Shown here piece by piece: positions 37,508 to 49,748 of a DNA stretch of 64,000 bases. This DNA is from Felis catus (lineage: Eukaryota): NCBI RefSeq assembly GCF_018350175.1, contig NC_058369.1, positions 3,412,001 through 3,476,000 of the forward strand. The letters are read 5' to 3'. The notes under the pieces are model-generated. The model saw nothing but the letters and a program-made list of their open reading frames with translations, was not told where the DNA came from and searched no databases. The stretch's first letter is position 1, and each line of letters begins with the position of its first letter. Both the position numbers and the translations under genes were made by a program.

Positions 37508-38068
37508 ATGGACACGTTCAGCACCAAGAGCCTGGCCCTGCAGGCGCAGAAGACGCTGCTGGGCAAGATGGCGTCCAAGGCCACGGTGGCCGTGTTCATC
37601 GATGACGCGAGCGGCGAGGTGCTGGACGAGCTGTACCGCGCCACCAAGGAGTTCACCCGCAGCCGCAAGGAGGCCCAGAGGATGGTCAAGAACCTGGTCA
37701 AGGTGGCCGTGAAGCTGGGCGTCCTGCTCCGCGGCGGCCAGCTGGGCGGCGAGGAGCTGGCGCTGCTGCAGCGCTTCCGCCAGGGGGCGCGCCGCCTCGC
37801 CATGACGGCCGTCAGCTTCCACCAGGTGGACTTCACCTTCGACCGGCGCGTGCTGGCCGCCGGCCTGCACGAGTGCCGGGACCTGCTGCACCAGGCCGTG
37901 GGCGCGCACCTGACCGCCAAGTCCCACGGCCGCATCAACCACGTCTTCGGCCACTTGGCCGACTGCGACTTCCTGGCCGCGCTCTACGGCCCCACCGAGC
38001 CCTACCGCTCGCACCTGCGCCGGATCTGCGAGGGCCTCACCCGGATGCTGGACGAGGACAGCATATGA
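37508..38068 (+). CDS. TNFAIP8L1: TNF alpha-induced protein 8-like 1 (TIPE1), 186 aa, entire CDS in exon 2
   Basis: Translation [15 protein letters not shown]...[16 protein letters not shown]...[27 protein letters not shown] is TNFAIP8/TIPE family and TIPE1-like. Acceptor ctctgcctctccccctggcAG ends at 37502, with a branch-like gactgac at 37471. Third codon positions are strongly GC-biased. Confidence 0.97.
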   Translation: MDTFSTKSLALQAQKTLLGKMASKATVAVFIDDASGEVLDELYRATKEFTRSRKEAQRMVKNLVKVAVKLGVLLRGGQLGGEELALLQRFRQGARRLAMTAVSFHQVDFTFDRRVLAAGLHECRDLLHQAVGAHLTAKSHGRINHVFGHLADCDFLAALYGPTEPYRSHLRRICEGLTRMLDEDSI

Positions 38069-38434
38069 CCTCCGGCCCGGGGTTTCCTGAGGGGGGAGGG
38101 GGGTGGGGGTCGTTCTAGAACCTTTTTTCTCCCGCCCGATTCTGGCCAAATCCCCGGGACAGGCGCCCATCCCCCCGAGAGGATGCTGATCCGTTGGAGG
38201 CAGCGGTTTTAAGGACTCTCCTCCCGCACCGTCTCAACAGAAGAGCTCAGCCTGCGGGGGCGCGGCCTCCCCACGCACCCCGAGGCTGCTGCCCACCCAG
38301 GCCTGCCTGACCTGACCCCCAGCACCCCTACACTCCCTCGATGCTTCTGAAGGCTGGCACCTGCCACCTCGTCATGTTAACGATGTTGCCTGTTCCTTCC
38401 GACAGGGTCGTGGTGAACGGGAAGAAAGGGAGTG

Positions 38435-38770
38435 TTGTGGGGGTGAGCTGCAGCTCCCCAAATTCTTTGGTCGAAGTTCTAGCCCCCAGAACCTCTGAAT
38501 GCGCCCTTGTTTGGAAATAGGGTCTTCGCCGATGGAATCAGTTGAGGTCACGCTGGACTGGGGGTGGGCCCCTGATGCAGCATGACTGGCGTCCTCGTAA
38601 GGGGACATTCAGACAGAGAAGGCCGTGTGAAGGTGGGGGCAGACTCTGGATGGCTGTGTCTACCAGCCAGGACTGCCAGCAGCCTCCAGAAGCCGGGAGA
38701 GCCGCCTGAACGGCCTTCGGAAGGAACCAGCCCAAGGGACACCTCGACTGCAGACTCCCGCCTCCGCCTC
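38435..38770 (+). mobile_element. MLT1 LTR (MLT1B/C-like) in the TNFAIP8L1 3'UTR region
   Basis: ccccaaattc...gaagttctagcccccagaacctctgaatg...tttggaaatagggtctt...atgactggcgtcct...gaaggaaccagccc. Confidence 0.75.
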
Positions 38771-41355
38771 CAGGGCTAGGAGGGCACAGATTCCCGCTCT
38801 CGCCCTGGGGGTCGAGCACAGGCAGCCAGGAGAGTGCGGGGGTGGGGGCTGTGGGCGAGGATTTGGTTGGGATCGCTGCCCTGACTCCCACGCGGGAGGG
38901 GACGGAGTGTGCCCCTTGCTCGGGGCTCAAGGGGAAAGCCATCGGAGATGCGCGCCCATTTAAAACAGGTATTTCACTTGTGCTTGGTGGCCGGTGTTTT
39001 CCCAAGACCCCCGAGAGCAAAGCTCAGCCAATTCTGGCTTTGGCGACACCCCCGGAAGACGCGCCACTCTCACCTCGGGGCACAGATGGGCACGTGGGGT
39101 GTGGGAGTGAATCTGTGACTTCTGTGTGTCGGAAGGGGACACGCGTTTTAACAGGCCGCAGAACGCTCTACAGGCCGGTCCCCTGACGCGCCGGGAAGGT
39201 TACTCTGGGCGCCCGCGGGGACGGGGAAAATGACGTCCCCTGACCGTTTTTTTGCAGAGCCAGGTCTGTTGGGCGAAGCCTTCACACGGGAGGCCTGCAG
39301 GCCTTTTTAGGCCAGAAGATGGGTTCGGTTGACTCCATCCGTCGTTCGAGACGTTTGGCATTAGTTAAAAACAAGGAAGTTACACGTACCAATCTAGGTT
39401 TGGACTTTTCTCGAAAACTTGGCCTGAGCCTGCACTGCCTGCTGGTGAGGCCGCATGGGCGCGGCCCCCCTGGCCTGCCACAGTCCCCACCTGGCCCTTT
39501 CGCCCACCCCCCCACCCTCCCCCCGCCCCGGCCTGCTGCAACGGCCCACAAGCCATTACGGCCCCAGATGCAGGGTGGCCTTTCTGTGGTTTTTCCCTGA
39601 AAAAGCCCAAGGTCTCGTGCCCAAGAGCCACTGCTCCCACCTCTGCCCCAGCCCTCGAAGGCAAACCTGTCCTCCCATCTTCCGTCGGGAGACCATTCAC
39701 ATTCAGGAAGGGACGCGCATTCTGAGTACCCGAGAAGCCCCCCATGAGCACCTTTGTCCTCGGCTTTGCACGCGGACTCCATCAACCAACGTGCATAACG
39801 CTTTGTACTTGTGCCCTGCTGGGCTGTCCAACCTGCCTGGACTCTTTCCATAAATCTGAGATTTAATCTAGAAACACCAAAGAGCACGACGCGGCTCTCC
39901 AGATAAAAGCACACATCTTCGGCCGGCATTATGTGCAACTGGCGACTGAATCGCTGGGGCTGACCGCTTTCTCCTGTCCTCCCGGGGCTCGGGGCTTTTG
40001 CCTTTCAAGTTGAGCTTGCGTGTAACGTCACCCGCCCGTGGGCCTCGCCGACGGGTTCCCTTTCCGGTCCAGCGGGCGCCAGGACAGACCAGCGGGCCCG
40101 CACAGCTGGTCCTGTATGGCTCGGTCGGGTTCGGCCCCTCATCACGACCACCGCCCCCGGGGCCAGCGTGGCGTCCTTTGCGGGTTTGCCCGAAAGCTAC
40201 AAGGGGATGCCCCCACGTGGCTGGGGGGGGGGGGCGAGGAGGCGCCAGTTTGTGTCCAGATGTCCTGCCGCGTCCCGGGGCTCTGCATCCTTGAGGACGC
40301 CCAGGGATTCAGACGTGCTCGGTGGTTCCGGGCCGACCGTGGAAGCATCTGTCCCTCCTGCCGGGGTCCAGCCCACGTGACCCTCAGCGGCCCCGGGGGC
40401 CGCGTCCCTTCTGCCGGTTTCCGGCTACCTTGTTTCTGCAGGAGGCCCCGGACAGCCATCCACCTCCGGGGGCCTGTTGAGAATCACTTGGTTTTTCAGT
40501 CCATCGAGCCTCACATCCAGGAGTGGCAGAGGCTCGCGGCCCTCACCGGGGTCCCTGTGACACCCACAGGTCCCTGTGCTTACCAGACCTCAAAGCCCAT
40601 CCATTCTTGGGTCAAGTGGGCCCCCCGAAGGCCCCCTTTGTTATTTGTTCTGGAAACAGCCGTTGTTCACGCGCCCACACCGAGCTCTGAAATTGCTCCT
40701 GACACGGGTGCCCGCCGCGGGTGTAGACGGGGTGACTCTAACCCTACCCCACCTCCTGTAGGTGTGCGCTCTTGGGCGGGAGCACCAACACCTGCCTCTT
40801 CTCTGGCAACTGGGGTCACCGCAGCGCCCCGTTTCTCAGGTCGGCATGAGGGAGGCCAGCCCACGAGGTGCGTCTCATTAGCAAGGATCCGATTCACAGC
40901 CCCGTGGACCAAAGCCCAGAGTTTCGTGGTTTCCCTTCCCCTCGTGTGCTCACGAGAGGACACTGTGAGACGGCAGGCTGACGGGCAAGCTGGGGGTCAC
41001 AGTCCCAGGCCCACTGCTGGGAGGACCAAGGCCCTTCTGAGTGGCTAGGACACGTGGGGGTTTTATTTATGTTTGCCTGTGGGTGTTTGTCCCCGCTGGT
41101 GTTTTAAGTCGCCATGCCGCCATCCAAGAGATTAGCTGAGCCAACCACCCTGGAGCGCTCGGCCCCCGTGGGCCCGGCGCTTCTGCGGGCAACGCGGAGA
41201 GTGCAGGTGCCCGGGCCGACGCAGGTCTCCAGCAAGGCAGGGGCGTGCCGGCACCCGGGCCCTGCCCCGTCCCTGGGCCCCCAGCCCCGAGCGCCCAGAC
41301 AGGCAGCCCCTACTGCCCGTCGCCAAGTCTGGGTGGTAGCTCTTCAATCGTCTTA

Positions 41356-41361
41356 TTTATT
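41356..41361 (-). terminator. Probable MYDGF polyadenylation signal (AATAAA)
   Basis: TTTATT on the + strand ~390 nt past the stop codon; a second copy lies at 41062-41067. Confidence 0.7.
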
Positions 41362-41749
41362 TAAATACGAAAGAACACTTCATTTCCTCCCAGGTAGTCT
41401 GGAAGAAGGTCCCCCGGGGAAACTGCAGGAAAGCGGCAGGCTGGGAGGCAGGGCGGCAGGATCGCTCTTCCAGGGAGTGACCTGGAGCCTGGCCGGATCC
41501 ACAGGGAGGCGCGCGCTGGTTTCAGAAAGGCCGCGAGTCCCCCTGGGAGTCCCCCACCGAGTGCCTCAGTCAGTGCCTCTTTTGGTAAGAGAGACGGGCA
41601 GTGGGTCCCAGACCCGTGCTCCATGCTCAGAGGACGTCGACCGACAGTCGCCCCCCCCTCCCCCAGAAGACCAGTGACGCGCCAGCTCTCCCAGGGCCCA
41701 GCTCCCTCGGCGGGGATGGGGAAGAGCCACGCTTGCCGGGGGCTCCCGG

Positions 41750-41829
41750 TCACAGCTCACTGCGGGATGCCTTGGCCACAATCACCAGCTTGGACAGCTC
41801 GGCCTTGAACGCCCCGGGCCGGTGGGACA
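41750..41829 (-). CDS. MYDGF: MYDGF exon 6 coding part (VSHRPGAFKAELSKLVIVAKASRSEL*)
   Basis: 80 nt to TGA at 41750-41752. The six exons sum to 522 nt (173 aa plus stop). C-terminal RSEL is a KDEL-type ER retrieval signal. Confidence 0.96.
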
Positions 41830-43271
41830 CTGCAAGAGAAGAAGCACTGGGGTGAGACGCTCCGGGCCCCGGGCCAGGCCCGGGCGCCGTCCCCACAGTG
41901 GACCCGACACGGAAAGGCCCCCAGGCCTGAAGTCTACTGGGTGAGGGACACAGGGGAGGGGAGGCTGTCCCGAGGGCAGCGGAAGCCCCCGGAAAGCTCA
42001 GCGTGGGAAGAGCCGAGGTCATCCTGCGAGAATGGATGGCGGCCGAGCTGCATCACCTCCCGTTTGCACTGGCAACCCCACCTCCTCTGTCCTTGACCGC
42101 TACAGTCCCCCACCTCCAAGGACCTGCAGGTAGGACAGGGCTCCTTCCAGACCCAAGGCCCCTCATGCCCCAAACCCCCACTCACTGCACCCCCCTCCTC
42201 CATCCCTATGCCCGGTGACTCCCACAATCGCAGGGGTCCTTCGCCTTATCTTTGCTGTCCCTCAGGACCCTCGGGGCTCCCCGCCACATGGCCCCACCCC
42301 CGTGTCCATCGTCCTAACCGCTCGCCCTCCCCGGAGCCCCGGCTGTGGAGCTTCCCACCCCTCCTCCTGCCCAGCACCCGCCCCGCAGAGCCCAACACGG
42401 CTCAGGACACCAGGGGTTCCCCGACCTCAGAGGTGACCCCGCCTCCCCGCGACGCACGGGGCCGGCCGCAACCTCGATGCCTCGCGGACGCCTTCCGCGT
42501 GAAAACCACAGGAACTCTTCCTCGTCACAGAGCCCGGGAGGCCAGGCTGTGTGGGTGTCACAGGACCCCTTGCTGTGGAGCGACCCCGAGCGTCCCCAAG
42601 GGCCACAGGGCTCCGAGCAGCAGACTCTCGCACCCTCCGTTCTCTAGCAGGGACTGGCCAACGTGGCCTGCGCCATGAGCTCAGGGCGGCTTCTACGTTT
42701 TCAACAACGTTACCGAGAACCGACAGGAAAATGGTATTTTAGGGATAGGCAGTTCACGCTTCTGTGTTCATACAATAAAGTTTTATTAGAACGCAGCCAC
42801 GCCTACTCAGTGACCTGTGGCGCCTGACGGATCGCCTTTGCCCTCTCAGAGGCTGTCTGCCCCAGGAAGCCGAAAAGAACTACTAGTGGCCCTTTCGGGC
42901 AACAGTCCGCAGACGCTGGGCTAGAAGCTGGGGCGCTGAGGGGTAGCCTCCCCTCTCTGCAATGGGGCGCCCTGCCCCCCCATCTTCTCTGCCTGTGTAC
43001 CTGGGGCCTATCTGCACCAAACATCCCTTGTTTGTTTTTTCTTATTTAAGTGTTTTTTACACACTTATCTATTCTGAGAGAGAGGGAGCAGGTGGGGGAG
43101 AGGCAAAGAGAGAGAGAATCCCCAGCAGACCCCTCGCTGTCCACGCAGAGCTCCCCCCAGGGCTCACACCCACAAAGCGGGAGATCATGCCCTGGGCCGG
43201 AACCGAGAGCCGCTCGCTTAACCGACTGCGCCCCCCGCCCCAGGGCCCCCCAACAACCCATCCTTTCATAC

Positions 43272-43344
43272 CTGCTGTTTTGGTCACTTCAAATTCCTCG
43301 TTTTTCAGGGGGACGTCGCTTTCTCTTTCAAACGCAGCTTTGGA
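43272..43344 (-). CDS. MYDGF: MYDGF exon 5 (SKAAFERESDVPLKNEEFEVTKTA)
   Basis: 73 nt with AG and GTATG boundaries. Confidence 0.95.
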
Positions 43345-44618
43345 CTGAAAAAGAACCCGTGGAAGCCTTTCTAATCAGGAAAGAACACGATCCGGTCTGC
43401 TTCCCAGAGCAGCACAGGCTAAAGCCACCTGCTTTTACCAAAGGGGCGCCTGGCGCTTTTCTAAGCACGAAACAAAATCCAGAGGAGCCGGTGGTTAATC
43501 CACTTAAGAGATTGTCAACCGGCTTCAAACGTCACGCCTTTGCTGCAAATCCTCGGAGGAAGGTTATGTCTTTCGTTTTTTCCTTCAGTTAACGTACGGA
43601 AAGGACACAAACACCGCAGCCTCTCGACTGTGATTTTTAAACGTCAGACTTGTGTCTCAAGTCAGCTAAACAAGAGTTTTAAAGGAAGACAGGACCCCAG
43701 AGAGCAATTCGATCAGCGGCGTGTCTGTTTGCCCCAGTTCTGCAATCAGGCCCTAGAGAGTGGGAAGGTATTTCGTCGGGGTGATCAAAGTCCATCAGGA
43801 GCCGGCTTTAAGAAAAGGAGATTATCCTCAATGACCCCGGGTGGGCCTTCAGAGCAGGACCGAGGTCCCTGCAGAAGTCCCTACAGTGCCAGCCGCCTCC
43901 CCGCCGCCCCCCCCCCCCCCCGCCCCCCTCGAGCCGGCCTGGCCTGCAGGCTTTGCAAGCGCCTTGCCAGTTCCTGGCAACAGATCTCTTCATGCCTGTC
44001 CCTCCTGGTTCCCCTTCTTGGACCAATACAGTGGTTTTCCAACTGTTTCTGACCCCAGTGCAGAAGGGGGGACCCGGGGAGGGGCTCCGCAGTGTGGCCG
44101 GCCCCTGGTGGGGGCAGCGGGGCTCAGGAGCGTGGCAGAAGGGGCTGCCCGGGCCATGAACGCCAGGTCACGGGAGCCGAGGCACGTGGGGCCCTCCCCC
44201 ACCCCCGTGAGCACACCGCCTGTGCTGCTGCCCTTGCCGTCCCTGCCCGTGTCCCCAGGGCTGAGCATCCAGGACTTTGAGAGTGGGCCCCTCCCCTCTG
44301 GCTTCCTGTTGGCCTGGCCAGCAGCGGGGCACTGGCCAGAGACTGGCAGGTGGTAGGAGAGGGAGGCCAGGTGTCCTGCCCCGCCCACCGGGTCTCTGGG
44401 GGTCTCCGGGCCCAGTGCCGACTCCCTGACACGTCCGGGTCCGGAGTCTGCGAGGCGTCCCGTGTCCTCCCGGGTTACAGAATCTCCCCCTGGGGGCTTG
44501 AGGTCTGTCTCACTTCACCCGCCTCCCCACCCCTGCCGGCTTGCCGGCGGTCTGAAAGGAGCAGTCTGCGATGGCACGAACCACGGCAGCCACCCCCGCA
44601 CGCGCGGCCTGTACTCAC

Positions 44619-44700
44619 GTAGGCCATGCCGTACTCGATCTCCGCGCCCCGCACCTCCGCCTTGAACTGCGTGAAGTACAGGTAGGACTTGCCCTGGGGC
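44619..44700 (-). CDS. MYDGF: MYDGF exon 4 (RPQGKSYLYFTQFKAEVRGAEIEYGMAY)
   Basis: 82 nt with AG and GTGAG boundaries; contains the conserved RPQGKSYLYF motif. Confidence 0.95.
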
Positions 44701-46137
44701 CTGCGAAAGAGGGGCAGGCAAGAGGGTCAGCCTTTCCTCTTTGCTAGAACATTCGTCCGGCTCATTTACCGACAGGTCTGTTTCTCCTTCTGGGCCCCAG
44801 CTGTTCTAGGATGGGAAGCCTTATGTTCATTCACTGAATGCTTGGTCATCGAGGGCCAAAGGCATTTCCAGGCATTGTGCTGGGGACCAAGAAATGGCAA
44901 CATCCCCGGTGGTGAGAAGTACAGGAGTTAACTAGGCAGGGGAGGGAGCCAGCTGCCCTGGGCGGAGGGCAAAGGTCCCGGGGAGGGTGCAAACGGGGGC
45001 AGGCGAAGGACCACAAGGTCAGCACGGCCAGAGCAGCGAGGGGCTGAGAGGGGCCGGCAGCGCGTGCCGTGTGAAGAGGCCCCCTGGGGGCGCACCAGGA
45101 GGGCAGGTGGGGGGGGTCCGGGGGGCCTCCCAGATTCTCTAAGCCCTGGTGGCTGCCAGGGCCTGATCGGTCAGTGTCCAGAACCGGGAGGCCAGCCCAG
45201 GTAGGCGTGACCTCTTGCTGAGCGGGTGGCCCTGCGGCCAGCAGGTCCTTGGGCACCTAGAGGGCTGGTGCTCACACGCCCTGGTGCCGGGCGGTGATCT
45301 GCAGACAGACGGACGCCGCGGGGACGCTTCTGAGGCCAGGGGGCTGCGGACGGGGTCTCCTCTCGGCGGGGCCTGACTAGGACGCTGGGCTCCTGGCCCC
45401 TGGGGCCTCTGCCCGTTGCCAACAGGGGCCAGTGCAGAGCGTGGGGGAGAAGATCCCCCGACACTGCTGGCAGGCACCTGCTGTCTGTAAAGCACCAGGC
45501 AGGGGACTGTGAGGTGGCGCCTATGAGCGAATTAAAACACCCCGTGTCTTTTTATGGCTGTTGCCGCCACAGCCCAAGTATCTCCTGTCTGTGGATCTGT
45601 CCCCCCGTGCTCACCCCAGCCCCCTGAGGGGGGCATCCCGGCCCGGACTTCCATGTCTCCCCCAAAGGGCCTGCACTGTCCCAGACCCACAACCAGTGCT
45701 TGAGAAGTGGGTTCCAGGCCACAGGGCCCAGGGGAGCAGGGACATGATGCGACACAGCCCCAGCGCCCTACCCCCCACTGGGCTGAGCACCCCCGTTCCT
45801 GTCCCTTCTTGGGCTGTGGCTCGCTCGTGGCGCTCCGGGACTGCAAAGCCTGGGCGGGGGAATGAGGGGGACGATGGCGGGGAGCCCCACCCCTCCCCCG
45901 CTGCTTTCCTCCTCCCCCCTCCCCTCCTGGCCTCAGTGTCAATGCGCTTGCCTGGGGCGCCCTCCCCGCCCCCCCCGACCCCCCGCACAGTGGCAAAGCC
46001 CCTCTCCGATCTCTACCTGTGTGACGTCTGCCCCCAGCCTGTGCGCCCTCTGGGGCGTAGGACCCTGTCTTCCCAGCACCCCAGGCGAGCACCCACAGCA
46101 GACTCAGCGAGGCGCCACCCCGGGACCCCTGACTTAC

Positions 46138-46199
46138 CTCCAGATGGTGCAGGTAAAGTGCTGGTGGTCTTTGCTGGTCCCCAGACTCATCTGCCACTT
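46138..46199 (-). CDS. MYDGF: MYDGF exon 3 (KWQMSLGTSKDHQHFTCTIW)
   Basis: 62 nt with AG and GTAAG boundaries; the frame continues into exon 4. Confidence 0.95.
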
Positions 46200-46821
46200 C
46201 TGGGGAGAGAAAGACACAGGTCGGTCCCGGGCCCGCGGCCTCACTGCTCACGGCACACTCTGTGGGTTTCAGGTTCAGCTCCAGTTCTGCAAAGTGAGCG
46301 AACCTTCCCTGGGCCAGCCGGCTGGAGCCTGGCTCAGGGGCGGTGAGGCCATGACGGCGGGGACGTGCCCTCACACGTTCGTCCAAACCCACAGGAGCGG
46401 GACCAAGCGTGAACCCCCGTGTCCGCTACGGGCCGGGACTCACAATGACGCGGCAGGGCGGGTTCGGCGACTCTAACAGATGTCCCCTCTGGTGGCGGCC
46501 GTCATTGACGGGGGAGGCCGCGCACGGGGGGCCTGGGGGGGGGTATCAAAATCTGTGCCTTCTGCCCACTTTGGCTGTGAATCTCAAACTTCCCTGAAAA
46601 ATAAAGCCTATCAAGAAAAATAAACAGTAAAAGGCAACACAGTATATTCATGCTCGTTGAATGACCGTAACGTCCTCAGCGCAAACGCCAAGACTGTGAT
46701 ACTCATGGTGACACGGAGGACGTGGGTGGGGCCTGGACAATGGAAGGCACCAGAGAGCTTTTTTATGTGTTTTTCCTTTCCAATGACGTGGAGGTGTTAG
46801 CTTGCTAGAAATCCAATTAAA

Positions 46822-47218
46822 GGGGCGCCCGGGGGGCTCAGTCGGTTAAGCGTCCGACTTCGGCTCAGGTCTCGATCTAGAGGTTCGTGAGTTCGAGCCC
46901 CGCTGTCAGCACAGAGCCTGCCGCCTCCTTCGGATTCTGTGTCTCCCCCTCTTCTGTCTCTGTCTCTCAAACATAAATAAACGCTAAAAAAAAATTTTTT
47001 TTTTTTTAAATTTTTTTTCAACGTTTATTTATTTTTGGGACAGAGAGAGAGCATGAACGGGCGAGGGGCAGAGAGAGAGGGAGACACAGAATCGGAAACA
47101 GGCTCCAGGCTCCGAGCCATCAGCCCAGAGCCTGACACGGGGCTCGAACTCACGGACCGCGAGACCGTGACCTGGCTGAAGTCGGATGCTTAACCGACTG
47201 CGCCACCCAGGCGCCCCC
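46822..47218. mobile_element. Tail-to-tail inverted SINE pair in MYDGF intron 2
   Basis: A + SINE (46822-46995, internally deleted) is followed immediately by a young - SINE (~47000-47218). Confidence 0.88.
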
Positions 47219-48723
47219 AAAAAATATTTTTTTTTAATCAAGACGTTGTGATTCCCAAATACACCGCTAACAGTTTCTTCTAGTTTTCACGGCCTCTGAA
47301 AACCCGGCGAATGGAAACAGACAACCACGGCCGGTTCCGGGCTGCCTGCGGCATCTGTGTATTTTGCTAGTAAAATGCGAGTTTGCAGTCCCCTCCCGGG
47401 ACTAATAATATACACCGAGTACTGGCATTCCTGATTTAACGTTAGAGCGTCTTCATTAAGGGGAGCAAGGCCGTGTTTAGGTTAATTATAATGGGAGTAA
47501 ATGGTCATCTAGATGCCGCTTGTCTGCAGCATGGAGGCGGGGACCTATTATTCTGGTGGGACGGCTGCAGGCCATACCCGCAGGCTCAAATTCTTTTTCC
47601 TCCCGGTTTAAAATTAGCACCTGTCCAGGGGCGCCCGGGTGGCTCGGTCGGTTGCGCGCCTGACTCTTGATTTAGGTTCAGGTCCAGATCCCAGGGTTGT
47701 GGGATTGAGCCCCGCACTGGGTTCCGCACTGAACATGCAGCCTGCTTAAGATTCTCCCTCTCTCCCTCTCTCTCTCTTCCTCTCCCACTGTGCCCTTCCC
47801 CTGATCATGCCCTCACTCTGTCTAAAATTAATTAAACACTGAAAAAAAATTTTTAAAAGCAACTGTCCATGGCCCCAAGGCCTCTGAGCACCTGGAAATG
47901 GTTTTATGTTGTGAGACAGAGGTTTGCCACGGCTCTGAAAAGGTTCTTGAAAATGAGGCAAACATTTAAACATGGTTTGAAAAAATGAACGCCGACCCAG
48001 TTTAAAACCAAGAGCTTCTAAGCAGCAGGGTCAACTGTGAGTGACCTTGTGGTTACATGAACTTGACTGTGGTCTCGTGGCTGGCACGGTGGGCAGCTGG
48101 TAAGGCTCCGGCTCTGGCATCAGACGCTCGTGAGTGTGTGCTCTGGGACAGCCTGAGCCCCCGGGACCTTGTCTGTGCAGCTAGGGGAACCGGGCACAGA
48201 AGTGGCTGGGTGTGACAGAGGACGCCTAAGTGGCAGCTGCTAGCAGTTTTTATTAGGACACACACGACAGATGGGACACGACAGAGCCCACTCCGGTTGT
48301 GTGTCCCCCACCCCATCAAGGTACAGACCAGTTCTGTCTCCCCGAATCCCCCGGCCCCTTCCCTCTGCACTTAACCCCTCCCCGCGAAATCCTGGTAACC
48401 GCGGACCTCATCTCCCGTCTCAGAGCTGGGCCTTTACAAAACCGTCCTCCGAGAGGAATCCGGCAGTAGGCAGGTCTTGTGTATGTTTCCACTCAGCACG
48501 CGGCCCCAGACGCTCACCCACGCTGCTGCGGGCGACCACAGGTCACTTGTTCAATGGCTTCGTTGGGCAATATTTACGTACCGGACCTTTCACTTTTCTA
48601 AAGCAAACAAGTCTGTGTTTCCTAGCACGTTCCCAGGTGTGCATCCCATCACCACGACCTAGTTCTGGAACATTCCGCCTCCCCGGAAAAGAACCCCATC
48701 TCCCTCGGCAGTCACCCCTCCCC

Positions 48724-48737
48724 CGCGCGCGCGCGCA

Positions 48738-48782
<45 letters not shown>
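48724..48782. repeat. (CG)n(CA)n alternating purine-pyrimidine tract
   Basis: Direct reading. Confidence 0.95.
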
Positions 48783-48784
<2 letters not shown>

Positions 48785-49708
48785 CGTCTCCCCAGTCTCT
48801 GGCAGCTGGAACTCATTTCTCTGTCGGTGGATGAGCCTGTTCTGGACGTTTCACATAAGTCGAATCATATACTCTGGGGCCTCTCGTGTCTGGTTCCTTC
48901 CCTGGGCGTCGTGTGTTCAGGGTCCCTCACGGGGCAGCGGGTGTGGGCGCCTCCTCGCTGCTGTCCGTGGCCAAGTGATGTTGCCCTGCGTGCGTGGTGG
49001 ACACACTCTGTGTATCCACTCACCTGCCGACGGACACTCAGGCTGTTTCCCTCGTTGGCCACTGTCAATCCCGCTGCTGTGACGGTCGTGCACGTTACCA
49101 GCGGGCAGACCCCTAGCCGTGGAAGTGCCGGGTTACAGGGCAAGTGTACATTTGACTTGGTAAGAAATGGCCACTCTGCATCCCCACCGGCCACGGCCAA
49201 GCGCTCCAGCTGCCGGGCCTCCTGGCGGGCACTGAGAGATTAGGAGTCACCCTGGATCTAATGTCACCCGACAGTACTGGCCTCCCAGGCAACCCCCTAC
49301 AGAACGAACCACTGGCTGTTCCCCCTCAGATGCCTCGGGTCTGAGCTGCTGGAGAGCGGGGCACTGGGAGCCCATGGGTCCTGGGCACCAGCCACGTTCA
49401 GCAGCCACCGAGCGCCCCGTCGGGCTCCCACAGCGCCACCCACCCCGGCAGCCGGCTACCTGTGATCTCGGTCACAGTTCCAGACGGGTGCTCCTGGAAC
49501 GAGTCCGCACCACAGCGCACCTGCTTTTCTTAGGTGGTTTCCTCCAGGATGAGCCCCCTCCTCCAAGATGAACGAAAGGAGCCCAGTCCAGTTTGTGACG
49601 CAACGGCTACTCCAAGACAAGGCTCCAGCCTACAGTCACCCCAGCCGGCGCCACTGAACTTGGCTCTCCCTCCCCCAATGCTGTAGCTCTGAGAGCTTCG
49701 TCGGTGGC

Positions 49709-49709
<1 letters not shown>

Positions 49710-49747
<38 letters not shown>

Positions 49748-49748
49748 C
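49710..49748. repeat. (GT)n(GC)n tract
   Basis: Direct reading. Confidence 0.95.

Noticed and set aside
37159..38170. Two ~258-aa antisense ORFs over the TNFAIP8L1 CDS
   Set aside because: Expected shadow ORFs from extreme GC3 codon usage of the real gene.
40038..41048. 336-aa ORF between TNFAIP8L1 and MYDGF
   Set aside because: GTG start, GC-rich low-information peptide and no recognisable domain; a BLASTP hit with conserved orthologs would change this.
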